A DNA stretch of 42,644 bases from Atractiella rhizophila (Eukaryota), in assembly GCA_021432655.1 (NCBI GenBank), contig MU271575.1, positions 1 to 42,644 of the forward strand. Reading direction: 5' to 3'. The position numbers were made by a program, and so were the translations under genes. Shown here piece by piece: positions 23,199 through 35,317 of this stretch (positions are counted from its first letter, which is position 1; the number at the start of each line of letters is the position of its first letter). Below the pieces are notes generated by a model. It ran no database searches. It saw nothing but the letters and a program-made list of their open reading frames with translations, and was not told the origin of the DNA.

Positions 23199-24906
23199 CC
23201 TTCAACAACCGCAACAACCAACCGCGTACTGCTTGGATATGGGTGGATTAGGATGTAGCTCAGATGGAAGCGAGCTGTGGGTTGGCAGGTACGGACTGAG
23301 GAAGTTATTTTCTCGATTGCCCGTTCAAACTGTCGTTCCAGGTCTGCCCTCTCTTCAACATCAAATGATTGATGACAGACTTGATGGACAAGTGGATCGT
23401 TTTCAAGTGAGACATACACTTTATGATTAGGTTGTCCAATTGCTGACAGCTTCCTCGGTCCACGAAAGCAGTTGATTTTACCTGCGGACTCATGCCATTG
23501 ATGTTGGCTTTAACAATACGATGTTGCGGAGACCACAACCCTTGCCATTGATTGCTATCAAATGTTTGGTGTTGCAACAATCCTCTGTAGTGTCCTTGGT
23601 CCGTGCTACTTCCTTACAGGGCAAGCACGTCCAACCAGCCATTATCCGTCCAAACTGTTTCTTAATGCGAAAGGATGTATCGCTCGCTCTACCTTCTCCA
23701 ATGTCTGCTCGAGAATCGGGAGGCTCCTTCCGAGATTAATGCCTTATGGATGGAAGTTGTACCAACTGTAATTTCTGAAGGGTGGGATTTGCTTCTGTGA
23801 GCTCGTACAATATTTTGTTAACCTCATGAAAGTGCGCAACAAGTGTGCCTCCCATAATCGTCTCACATTATACAATCTGGGCTCAATGAATTAACAGCAA
23901 CGCAGCGCATATTCTCTTAAACACATGCTTTTCAAAATAACTTGTACGGTCGTTATCAACCCACTTGCTTGCTTTATTGGTTGCCTCCACGTTGTTGATC
24001 AAATTTGACTGGCCCATTCAAGTTGGAAACTGGAGTTAACCAAAGTGAAGCTCCCTTGAATCCTCGCATAAGGGATTCAGGACCTTTTAACGCGGAAAAA
24101 AAATGCTCTTTTTTTACTTGCAGAATGCCAACGTCGTCACCTTCCATTTTTCTCAGCTGTCTCGTGTTGCAGTCGATAGATGTAAGAAATCAGAAAGAGT
24201 GTCTTGGGTGTATGCCCAGTCGGTTGTACAGTGCCTGAAAGATATGCCGCGCTGGCCCTGGTACTCTAGGCTACCAGTTCTTGCACTCGGTTAGGTGGCG
24301 TAGGAGCTGAGTTGCATTGGCTTGCGAAGCTGATCAGCCCAAAATGGAGCACTGTCTCCTTCGTTTGGCATGTTACGCGTAAGAGCTTAAGGGCCGTGTA
24401 CACGGAGACGATCACCTTTCTCTCCACCTCCTTGCTTGAGATCAACTCTTTTCCTTTTCACCCCTGCAATTAACATTGCTTTGTGCATGTTTCTCGCTGT
24501 TAACAGGTTCTAGGAATCCTCGCACATGGGAAGTTTCACTGCCCACAAACCTTGCGACTGTGCTCTCCATTGCATGCAACTCTCGCCTCGCTTGGACGCT
24601 TCCCAAAACTTTTCCGTTCCTCATACTTTTCCTTCGACTGCGCACAGGGGCAGTGTGGTCCTTGGATGGAGATGCCAAACTCGGGATCGTGAGCAGATTG
24701 GGTGATCATCTCTCTTCCCATCTCCAATCCTCACGTGGCCACTCTACGAGGCGAGCACGAGCCATCTGGATGCTCATTGAAAAGCTGTCCACGATGAATT
24801 TGAAGGATCGGAGTTCCCCAGTGGCCAATAAGGTTTCAGCCGTATCCGTGTCGAATTTTCGCTCCACAGTTGGGAATGGCTGAGAAGAGAAACGCTGGAC
24901 CAACAT
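23190..24906 (-). pseudogene. Probable degenerate multi-exon gene of unknown function
   Basis: ORFs 24706-24906 and 24442-24678 are in the same frame, split by one TGA; further protein-like pieces at 23305-23580 and 23200-23419 with splice-like signals; no recognisable domain. Confidence 0.3.
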
Positions 24907-25813
24907 CTTTTGCTCTGCAATCAGCTGAGAGATATTCCGTCCTGGAATTCAAGACGAGTCTTGATTTGCGAATCGCTCAAAAGCCACCGATTTTCGGTGG
25001 CCGTACACTTTTGCACAGTCACTGATCCTAGCAGAAAGAGGAAGTGCAAGAAATAGGACTGGATTATCCGATTATAAAAGCAGGCGTTAAAATGGCTTGG
25101 AGTATCATATCATATCAAGCAAGTTTGAAGTTTTCTTCAGTTCATCATGTCTCCTCCCAATTCTCCTCCCAACAGTGAAAAGCTCACGGTATATGCACGC
25201 GGATACTACGTCTTCTTTTGTGTTGATGGTGCGTCGTGCTGATTCCACAACGCATGCTGTCTCCTGACCAAGAGTACAGACATGTGGCTCAAAGGAATAG
25301 TCCATTGCACCACAGTGAGAATCACTGAATATGAGGTCTGTAGCTGCTCACACATTTTTCAAATAACTCACTTTGAGTTCGCCAGATCCTACAAGAAGGA
25401 ACGAATAAAATTTTTACTGTGGCTCGCGATGACCTGAGACTGCAGGTGAGCTTTTCGTATCTCCCTTCCGACTTGGCCTCATCTGGTCTGATTCACAGTC
25501 TGAGAAGCGCTTCCTAAACTACTATAGGAAGACCTAATTTTTTTGCCAGAATCATTTTGCATTAAACGCTCATATCCCTTCATTGTCTTTCATACATCCT
25601 CAATATGGAACAGGTTTGCATTCTGGCTGTCCTTACATTTCCAACATTATTTCATCGATACCCCACTTCATTTATATCCAGCTTTCACAATTCATCAGCT
25701 TTTCGCATTTGATGTCCTCATTGATCTATCATTACAAGGTTCATTCCAATCACATTTATGTCCATGCGCTTCAGCAGTAGTACAGGAACAAGTTTTCTTG
25801 CCATGCAGCACTG

Positions 25814-27490
25814 TCACTCTTGCACATAATTACCTGAAATGTAACTCATTAGGTCAACGATATAGTAAAAGGTGAGTAATGAATACTAACCGGGGAACAC
25901 TCCTGACTTCCATTCAGCTTACCCGTCCACCAATCCTCTGTACTATCCGTCCTTGTCACCAGTTCGATTTTATCACCCGCCTTAAAGCTCAAATCCCCGT
26001 CCGCTTGCGCTTCAAAATCGTAGAGCGCAGTAACATACACCTTTGCAGCTGGCGGCGGTGGCGGCTTTGGTTTGAGAGCTGGAGGAGGAGGCGGGGCGCG
26101 CTTTGTACCAGTCGCTCCAGTAGTGCTTGCAGCAGTATATGGTGGAGGCGCCGTAGCGGTGGACGCTGACCGAGATATCCCAGCAGCACCGGCTGATAAC
26201 GTAGAGACGCCAGAAACAGATCGAGATGGAGCTGGAGAGGTATCGGCAGAGGACACTTGACGGGCATTTTGCATCATCCGAGCTACTCCATTCATCAGCT
26301 ATCTTTCCACAACTCGAGATTCATTCTTACCGGTGCTAACAAACCGTTTGGTAATGTTCATGTTATCGAGCTGAACAGCAGCATCCCCGAGTTTCTGACG
26401 GTATGCATCATCGATACTGACAGAGAGGTCGATCATGTTCTCATTGTCGACGAAACCTTTAAGTTGCTCAAGCATGTTGTAGATCACGTTGAGCTGCATA
26501 TAGTAGAAAGATGTGAAGAGAGGAGAGATGAACGCCTGAGTGTAGGAGAAGAACTGGGGAAGCTCAGTCTTGAGCAGACTATTGTGATGTTCATATTCTT
26601 GAGAGGCTTGCTCGTAATCTTGTTCAACCTGTATTGAAAAGATCTTAGGGCATGCTGTGGAGGCAAGAAGATGTAGTTTGCCTTGAAGAGGTTCTTCTCG
26701 TCGTTCAGCGTCTTTTCTTTCTTGTCCCGCAATTTAGTATAACTATTGTTGTGCCGATCGAAATCCACCAACTGCAACCGGCTCAATCAAACCCTAGATA
26801 GTACAGCAAAGAGCTTACTTTATGATCCCTCTTCGTTATGGCCTTCCTGATCTTCTTACAAATCTCCTGATATTCCTTCAAAGGTGCCAAAATTCGTGTA
26901 TCGATAAGCTCGATCTCCGGGAGGACACTCTGCTTCAAACCTTCCATAATTGTGTTGTAGTTGTCGATGTTTTTCAGTGTATCAGCAGCTTGAGGGTGCC
27001 TCGAAGTAAGAGCGCTTAGTGATTCGGAACTATCCAGAGGCGAGAGAAGGACCGCAAATACGGCAGCGAAGTCGCTTTGCGAGGACATCATGTCTATTGC
27101 TTGGCGTCAGCTAGGCGTGGGCACAGAGGGCAATCGGACTGTTGACAGCATCCCGAAAAGCAGTAGAGTCTTTGATCAACTTGTTCGAATAATCTTCGAT
27201 GGCCGTAAACTTGCGATTGAGCTCACTGCACACAAGCACGATATGTCCCTTGTTCCGGCGGAGGAGAAACAACGCACTTGAATTCTGCATCAGTTGACTC
27301 TGAAGTGCGCCAATAATCAATCATAAGCCTCTTCCCACTCCCAAGAAACATCAAACACACTGGACGACATGCCCACTTTGCTGGTGAGCATGTGGGGAGC
27401 CCTGCATCCATCCGTTTGCAATCAGCTATGGCCGAATAGATATGACAGAAAGGAGACGCACCGCTGGATACTCTTTAGCATTCCCTTCAT
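25814..27490 (-). CDS. RVS167: Amphiphysin-like BAR-SH3 protein (Rvs167/Hob1); apparent 1-nt frameshift in the last SH3 strand
   Basis: [20 protein letters not shown] start; BAR helices ([35 protein letters not shown]); Pro-rich linker; SH3 [26 protein letters not shown]...WWTGKLNG; terminal GVFPG|NYVQE* lies in a shifted frame. Confidence 0.93.
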
Positions 27491-27864
27491 CTTGTAACAA
27501 TGATATCAATATGAATGTCCTCCCAGTCCCCGAATGGGTGTTGCAAGAGAAAGGTGATGACCCTGACCCTATTGTCGCAAAAATGCCAGACAGACAAACT
27601 TGAAACTACAAATCGAAGGTGAGTGGTTAGCTGGTAGAGCTCAGAGCAGAGAGCAACTCGTCCAAGCGAAATGACACAGGTGGATGGGATATGACTGAAG
27701 GTGTTTCCTTGACACTTCTTATCAGTAAGCTGCCCACCTATTGTTCATTTTCGTATAACATATTTCGATGGAAGAGCAGTGTAAGTGCTAAACTCAGTAT
27801 AGAACGTTTGAGATAAAATTTTGTTCAATATTATGCGAAGCTGTTTCGGAGAGACTTCATCCTT

Positions 27865-30649
27865 TCATTCCAAGGTGTCGAACTCCTCCTTCTCTTGGTC
27901 CCAGCCGAGCACTGTTGGACTGTGTCCTGGAATGTTAGAAACCTGGGAGTTGGGAAGTTTGAAAGTCGTACTCTATGGACAAACCTTGCAAAAAGGCACC
28001 GATAGACCATTCTTTCTTCTCTCCGCTTTCTTCTGCTGCAGCTTCTCTGTCCTCATCCTCACTACTCATAACAAAGTCAGTACAGTCTTGAGCTTCCTTC
28101 TCCATTCCATTCGCCCTCGATTCCTTCACATTGCTACGTTTGAGACTGGCAGCAAATTCGGCCTCCATCTTGTCGAGGTTATCTTCTTCTTCTCCCTCCT
28201 CCTCCTCCTCCTCCTTCGCGTCAGCTACCGCCCCTCCGTCGATAAAAGGGTCATCCCAGCTCTCCCATCCCCAACCGCTTCGGAATGAAGGAAATGAGGT
28301 AGATTGCCGTTGGGCAAATCCCCATGAAGTGGAGAATGGATTTGCGGCTGGATTGGGATTGGAAGGATCCAATTGGATAGAGTTAGAGTCGGATGTGTTC
28401 GCTTGTGCGTGCGAAAAGAGTCGTTCTGCTGCCGTACTGCGGCAAAAGACATTAGTCCATGTCAAAAATGCAAAGGAAGGAAGTACATCGCACACTCTCT
28501 CCACTTATCCCGATATTTCCTCAGCGCGAAATCGGATTCCCGTCCATTTGTCGCATTCGCCTTGTGATACTTGACAGCCTGGCGCAAAAGTAACAACCTT
28601 TTCTCCAACTTAACGAGTTCTGCTGCCGGAGATGGAGCTGCCGCTGCAATTCCTCTTCTCACTGGAGTTTTGAAACTCGTGGTGACAATTGTTTTCCGTC
28701 CAGGAGACGTTGAGCTCTCGATCTTGATCTTCTTCGCTGGAGGCGTCGAGAATCGTGATGTTGAAGTGGTGGCTGGAGGTTTCCGTGACTTGGAAGAAGT
28801 TTGAAGCCCCTTCAGCGGCGTCCGGAATGTTGATGCTTTCGGTTTATCCGGCGTCTTCATCGTGGCGAGAGTCTGATGACGAGAAACAAGCGGTGGAGAA
28901 CGTTCCATGTCTACGTCCTCATCGATGAACACGTCCGTTGCTTTACGCTTTCGAGGCGGCGAGGGAGGAACGGGGATCGTTGGAGGGTGCAAGGACCTGC
29001 TGGAAGTTGAGAATGCTCGTTTAGGAATGCGGTGTCCAGTGGAAGACTAAGGTGCTGTTTCGTAAGTCACTGTGCTGGAGTTGGAGAGGACGCACCAAAG
29101 CTATCTCTTCCGAGTCCCCACTAGTACCGCTGACCGAGTCGCAATGAAGCGTTTCTAGAGTTAACCGACTCTCTGGCCTAGTTTCTCGTTTCGCCGCGCC
29201 ACTGGGGACACCTCCGCCCACAAGCTCTCCTAACACAAGAGTTTGCAAAACGCCTGTAGCACCTTCAGAAGCAAGCCTATCTACTTCCTGTCCGTCTTGC
29301 TTATCCACCATGTCATCCAGGAATCGATCCTCTCCCTGAAACAATGAGTTGTCGGGACCACCGACCTCATTGGTCCCTTCGACAATGCCTTGTTCGACAA
29401 TGCCTTGCTCCCCTCGGTCCATGACTTCAAAGTTCATGAAGTTCACTCCAGCCATTACTGAATCAGAGATTGTTTCATCCTGCACCTCAACGTCTTCTTG
29501 GATTTCGGAACAAGGAAGCTCATCAATCAAGGCGGTGGTTTGATCGTCAACCCTCGCAGAAATAGGCGTTTCTCGAATGGCAGGAAAGGAAGAGCAACCG
29601 TTTTCAAGACAACCTGTGTCCAGTCCTGAAGATTCCATTTGGCTTGTTCGGCTTGGACCTTCGCTCCTATTGCTCAGAACCTTCTTTCCCCCTGTTTCCA
29701 CAAAATGCATCTTCGTCCGAAATTCATCAACGTCCTTGGTTGTCGAGGTTGTTTCTAAGCGTTTGAAAGGGGAGAACGCTAATAGCTGAGTTGACAGAAA
29801 AGGGTTTGGACATTGCGAACACGAGGTCGGTTTTGGAGCGGGAACAGCGAATGCGGAAGAATTCTTGGGAAAGCATTCACTGGCGCGCTCATTCGTATCT
29901 GCCACAGTTTCCCGAACAGCTTCCTCCAGTTCACTGATCGATTTGACATTGCTGAATGACGAGACAGAAGGCATCTTCCTGGCAAATGGGGGAGCGGAGG
30001 TAGCCCGCCAGTGTGAAGCTAAAGAAGCATGTTTTTGGTAGGTGACCAGAGGAGGGCCGTCAGACATGGAAGCCACGAGCTTGAGGCGAGTGTGCTGGTT
30101 TGCTGATCCTTTTTCGCCCTCCATTCCACCAGCAGTTGCAGAGGAATGAGCGACAAAACCTTTCTGTTCCTGTGCCTGTGGAGCAGAAGCGTGCGCTCCA
30201 GCATGATCTGAAACGGTGGACTGGAAGACATCTCGATCTTGATCCGCAACCTTGAACCCGAGCGATGCTCCATGTGAGGACTGAGAAGTTGGTGTTGTTT
30301 GAAGGGGAGATGGGGGCAGGGCTTTCCCATCGTCGCGCTTCGATTCCACGGTCCCATCCTCCAAAACGCTTGCTGCATCGCTACGCATACTTCTCAAAAC
30401 CTCCTCGACCCTATCTAGTCGCTCATTCAACTCCTGTTCCTCTGCGATAGTCAACTCTCCTTCTTCCACGTTGAAAACCATCCCCAAATCTCTAGTGGCG
30501 TTTATCCATGTTTTAGCTGCTGTACCATTGTGTAGCGCACTCGGAGGGGCAGAGGACGCGCGCTCAATAGAACTTGATGAAGGAAATAGTGTTCGGAACG
30601 CTAGAGACGGAGAAAGAGACAAGAAACGCGTCTGAGTATGAGAAGCCAT
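27865..30649 (-). CDS. SFR1: Sfr1/Mei5-like Swi5-dependent recombination protein with a long low-complexity N-terminus
   Basis: C-terminal motifs LEKRLLLLRQAVK, KWRE...AAERLF, WGW and WSIGAFLQGLSIDPTVLGWDQEKEEF match the Mei5/Sfr1 pattern. Intron 29047-29095 (GTGCGT...TAG) joins the 544-aa ORF to the downstream exons in frame. Confidence 0.72.
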
Positions 30650-31637
30650 CTTCACCCAGAATCAATTTGAGCTTCTTAGACAAATATTTCTTACCCAACG
30701 TCAGACTACCGGGGAGAATATTTTAAACTGTGCACAAGACAAACAGGTTCTTGCTTTTATGGCAGCATTGAGAGTAGAATATATGTGCGCGATTTCTTTG
30801 AAGTACGCGTCTCCCCTGAGCACGTGACTGCGGAAGTAAAACAAACCCAGTCCATCAAAGTTTGATGTTATGTTACAGTATGGATGGAACTGATTGAATA
30901 TCTCACCCTGCCTCACTGATACATGACTGTTTTCGACGGCTATCATTGATGATAGAGGAGGAATAATGCAGCAGTGAGAGTTTATCCAGTGACACGGAGA
31001 TTTGCAGGAGAGGGAACCTGATTCAGAGGAAAGTCATGATAAGTAGCTCCCTTGGTTATTACCCGTTACCAGGCGCCGTGTGTATGCGCCTGGCAGGTGA
31101 ATTGGTGTTTATTGCTTTTAAGCAAGTAGTTCGAGTGGCATGTCCATGGATTGCTCATATCACAGATTCCCATTGCCGGAGGTTCAACTTCCTTTATGCG
31201 AACTCGCCGCAGCATTGTGAACTGTGATCGCAAATGCAAATTGCAAGAAAGACCCAGCGCTCAGCGCTGATCTGTCATCTTTTCCGGTCCTACTGGACCA
31301 CTCCTATCCTGCCTTTTCAGACCTTCACATCATTTTCAGCACTCATCGATCAAATTAACCAAATGCCGATATCGATGTTGAAAGCCTCAGTCACGGAAGC
31401 ATACAACTTGAAAGACATCAGTGCTTGTTCCCCGTGGCTCTCCCTCAAACGGTAAAGTTGCCCACAGGTTGCAGTGTATGCATCACGCCGTCCTTAAGCA
31501 ATTGCAATATTTGTTACATGTTTGACCTTCTTTGGTAGTGATACATAAATACGAGGAGCGTGAAAGCAATGAGGAGTCGTTCAGAAGGATGCGACACCAG
31601 AAAATGGAAGACAATTTCGCGAAGGAAAGAAAATCAA

Positions 31638-32182
31638 TCAATTGTCGCTGCCATCGTGGGGAAACTTCGCATGAAGCCTCGCTGGATGCTCTTTCACCTG
31701 TTGAAGAGCATGAGGGAGAGCTCCATCTAATGGCAAAGAAGGCACGTACAGGATAGACCTCTCGCTGCGAAGCTGTCGGTGCATCAACGAGATTGCCCTC
31801 TGCATCCCTCTGCGCTCCACTCAACGACAGCCCTTACGCAATCAAAGAGAAAACGAACGTATTTGTATTTAAACGCAGAAATTTTATCCTTGATCCTATC
31901 ATGTTCCTCTCCATCTTTCGCTTCCCACGGATGGACCGCCGGCGCGAAGTGCTTCTCAGCTGTGTTGCTATACCAGCCTTTGCCAGTAAGGAAGTACCCG
32001 GCTCCTAGGAAGACTGTGCCCATGATGAGAGCGAGTGGGAAGACTGCAGGATCACGTCGAGCCGCATTCTTCAAGTTTTGACCGCCTTTGAAACCGCGAA
32101 ATCAGTTATGAAGTGACAGAGTGATAGGGAAAGTCAGACCTTTGTTGTAGTTGGCTGCTGTGCGAGCGGCAGGGTCTGACAT
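31638..32182 (-). CDS. Small single-TM protein, NDUFA4/MLRQ-like
   Basis: Four exons give MSDPAARTAANYNK-GGQNLKNAARRDPAVFPLALIMGTVFLGAGYFLTGKG...HPWE...FKYKY-RDAEGNLVDAPTA...-VKEHPARLHAKFPHDGSDN*; the DPxxxPL-TM-PWE-FKY pattern fits the family. Confidence 0.6.
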
Positions 32183-33189
32183 TTTGATGGTTCGCGTGTT
32201 CAATCGCTTACTATTGGATGCTGTTGAGGATGGAATAGTTGAGGGCAGGGAGACTGCTTTTATATGAGAAGGTCAAGAGCCATTAAAATGCGGTGACGTG
32301 AATGACATCATGGTCCATGAATGACGATTCGTTCGTACACTGTGTACGCGTTGGTCAGCCGGAACTTGATCGGACCTCAGGCTCAGCTTGAGCAGCCAGA
32401 ACTGGATTTCTGGGGGAAATGTTGACGAGCGTTGCAGACGCTGAGGAGCTGAAGACGCCAAGAAAATCTGAAAGGTGCGAGACGATCAGTTAAGAATGAT
32501 TAAAGAGAGTCCTCCGTATTACTTCGAACTTTCAAACTTTTTCATGTTTGCGCTCTCTCTTCATGTCCTGGGTCACACTTCACGTTCTCCAACCGTCTCC
32601 CCGACTGGATTGTTAGCTCCGATTCTCACTCGATTGCGATCGCCCAAGCTGAGATTCATAGTGCCGCCTTCTAGCTTCAGAAAGCTCGCCGTTCAGTTCA
32701 ATATTTCTTTAATGTCTGAGGAGTTATCGCTTTCGGCTCGGGACATGACATATTGAGGCTGATGGATCCCACACACGGCCTTCCGAGTGCTTCTGTTCCA
32801 ACAAACTCAATGCTTTTCCTGAGTGCACTGCATTCACGATCGCGCCTCTCAATCGAGATCTTTTTCTCCCCTTCCTGTGTCTCCTTAGCAATTAGAAACA
32901 CGTTCTTCCGACTGCTCCGCTCCTCTATCAATAAACTATAATCCAGGCGGATCAGATTGAAGCCGTGCTCATCCTTCGTCAGCTCATTCAAGACGACTCT
33001 ACGATACCAGGAGAAGCGGGGTTCAGATGAAACTACCAGAGGCGAGGAGCGCCATGGGTAAGAATTACACGAAGAATGTGTCATGTCCCTTGTTGCGACG
33101 TCGAGCCGTGTTGGATTTAAAAGAGTGATGACCCAGTGACCATTATCCCACTTATTTTTTTCTTCAAGATGCCTTATCGCAGCGAGCTT

Positions 33190-34931
33190 ATGAGCGATGA
33201 CCAGTATCATATCGTACGCAAATCCTTGGGAGCTACATGTTGTTTGCTGAATAGCTTACAGGCGGTCTATCTCATTGGGCCGTGGCTTGTTGGTGGGTAC
33301 ATCGAGATGATTCTGTTTGGGGTACTTCTTGCCCAGGTGTGTTCGATTCAGGGTCACCCAGTGGGATGCTTATCGAGCCTTAGTTCTATGCGTATTATAA
33401 ATTCTATGCCGACGACATGATAGGTACCTATTTTGTTTATGCGCAGGAAAAAGTTGACCACCCGATAGGCAATAAATTACTGGTGTCTGGCTTGGCTCTC
33501 ATCCAAGTCCTAAAATCGATCCACACATTGTGCGATGTCTAATTCCCATGAGCTGACCTAACATGCGGTTTACAGTGCAACCGTTTGGATTGAAACTATC
33601 TTGTTTTTTGGCGACTACGACGGGTCTACCTCCCTCTCGTACAAGTGGGCATCTCTGAACCTTCGAGGGTATTTATTCTGACATTCCTCAAGATCGTGGT
33701 GGCAAGGAGGTTTCCCATTAATCGTGTGTTCTAATCATTGAGAACACGCTCATGCTAAGCTACTGAAACAGGACGCATCATGTTGCCTATGTAAGCCCGC
33801 TTTGGCGCACGACACAACACTTATCGCGGCCGATCAGATGTCCAAATGTATTACGTTTATCGACTCTGGGTGATCTGCCGTCGTTGGTGGGTGGTAGCAC
33901 CAATCGTAGCACTCATCACCTTCTCATACATATCCATCTGCCTCGGAGTGAGCACCCTGTACTCTCTAAACAACCTGGCTGATTGATTATAGACACATTA
34001 CATCTTCGCTGAGGCCTTCACGAAAATTGGTCCCTGGTGTTTGTCTTCTCCGGAGCATCATGATGGCCCGATGTTCGCTGAGAGAATCATGAACAGTCGC
34101 TTCACATTTTTCCACCGTTTTCGCTAGCGACGTTTTCATCTCGGGTGCCACTGCCTTCTTTCTTTTGAGGACTAAGAAGACTGTCCTCCCCGAGTGCGTG
34201 TTGCCATAGCTCAAAATCTGCTGATTGATACTTTGAAGGACCTACGATCTTCTTTACCATTTGGCAAAATTATCGATTCAATGCGCTGTTCCGGCTTCCT
34301 TGTGTGCTTTACTCAACCTGGGTAAGATCCCGAATATTTGTTGAGTTGACATTCACCTAATGGTTTAGTGTTCTCGCAGATCTATGATTCCAACTACTTG
34401 ATATCAACAGCGTTCAATATGCAGCTCCCGAAGTTGTACGCCATATCGCTGAGTGAGTTCCTTTCCCTGTCCAACGGCGCAATGTTTCATTGATGATCTT
34501 CCCCTACAGTGTACATCGTAAGCGGTTCCCGGAGAAACTATGTGGAATGCCCAGTAACACAAACGGGTTAGCTAAACACCAGAAAATCAATCGTGAGGAG
34601 CCATGGTACCAGTAACTCTGATTCGAGGACGGGGAGGTCAGCGGTCAAAGCTCGCAAAACTACTAGGGTCAGTGTCTTCCCTCTCCTGCATCAGCAATCC
34701 TGATTTATAAATCAGCTTGGTGACCTCGAACTCTCGGGTGTACGAATTCACACGGAAACCGTTACTCATCACGACCAGACTCATGACATTGACGTTCGTA
34801 TTCCCTCAAGCAAGAGTGATGACTAAGGCCACGTCCAACAGCTACGCAGAGTGCAGACGGTCCAGGTGGCTGAGACAGAATCTCAGCGAGAGAAAAATCA
34901 CGATACCATTTCCCTTCAGGAGGAGAAGTGA
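33190..34931 (+). CDS. Multi-pass membrane protein, DUF6534-like family (paralogue 2)
   Basis: Spliced MSDDQYHIAVYLIGPWLVGGYIEMILFGVLLAQ...YVQMYYVYRLWVICRRWW...DVFISGATAFFLLR...LPKLYAISLMYILNTR...DLELSGVRIHTET, colinear with the gene at 15512-17447; many micro-exons. Confidence 0.82.
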
Positions 34932-35317
34932 TAAAATGCTCGTTTCAGCTAACTTTATATAACGCTTGTGTTTTGGGCTCATTCTTTCACGCAATTAGTA
35001 GTATCTCCATATCATCGTGATAAAAAAATCCGTTGCAATCATCATATTGAATTCCTGGTGTTGCAGGGGTCAATGCGGGTATTCTTAATTTTAGTCACGT
35101 GATTCTTAACACAGGAATCATTCGAGTTGGAGCTTCTTTTAAGTGCAAAAGAGTGTAGGATATATTAGCAACTTAAAAGTAAGCAGGAAACACCTGTCAA
35201 TGTTTAGTAGTTTGGTGGGTAACTGAAACTAACAATTCCATCTGGCAATCTAACACACACAACACGATAAGTAATGGATCAAGCCCTCTCCCGAGGTCTA
35301 CGTAAGTCCTTTTGAGC

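Noticed and set aside
25447..25498. Isolated plus-strand GTGAGC...CTGAT...CAG intron-like segment
   Set aside because: No flanking reading frame could be built; insufficient support for a gene.
29378..29410. 15-bp tandem duplication encoding EQGIVEQGIVE
   Set aside because: Simple slippage in a disordered region; no wider array.
32698..33210. 170-aa minus-strand ORF overlapping the start of the DUF6534-like gene
   Set aside because: Non-ATG start in the track, no recognisable motif; could be chance or a decayed fragment.
33384..33423. Possible 4-nt exon followed by a non-canonical ATGCGT donor in DUF6534-like paralogue 2
   Set aside because: A simpler single intron from the GTTCGA donor (CAG GTG T|GT ACC, giving QVCTYF) restores the frame.
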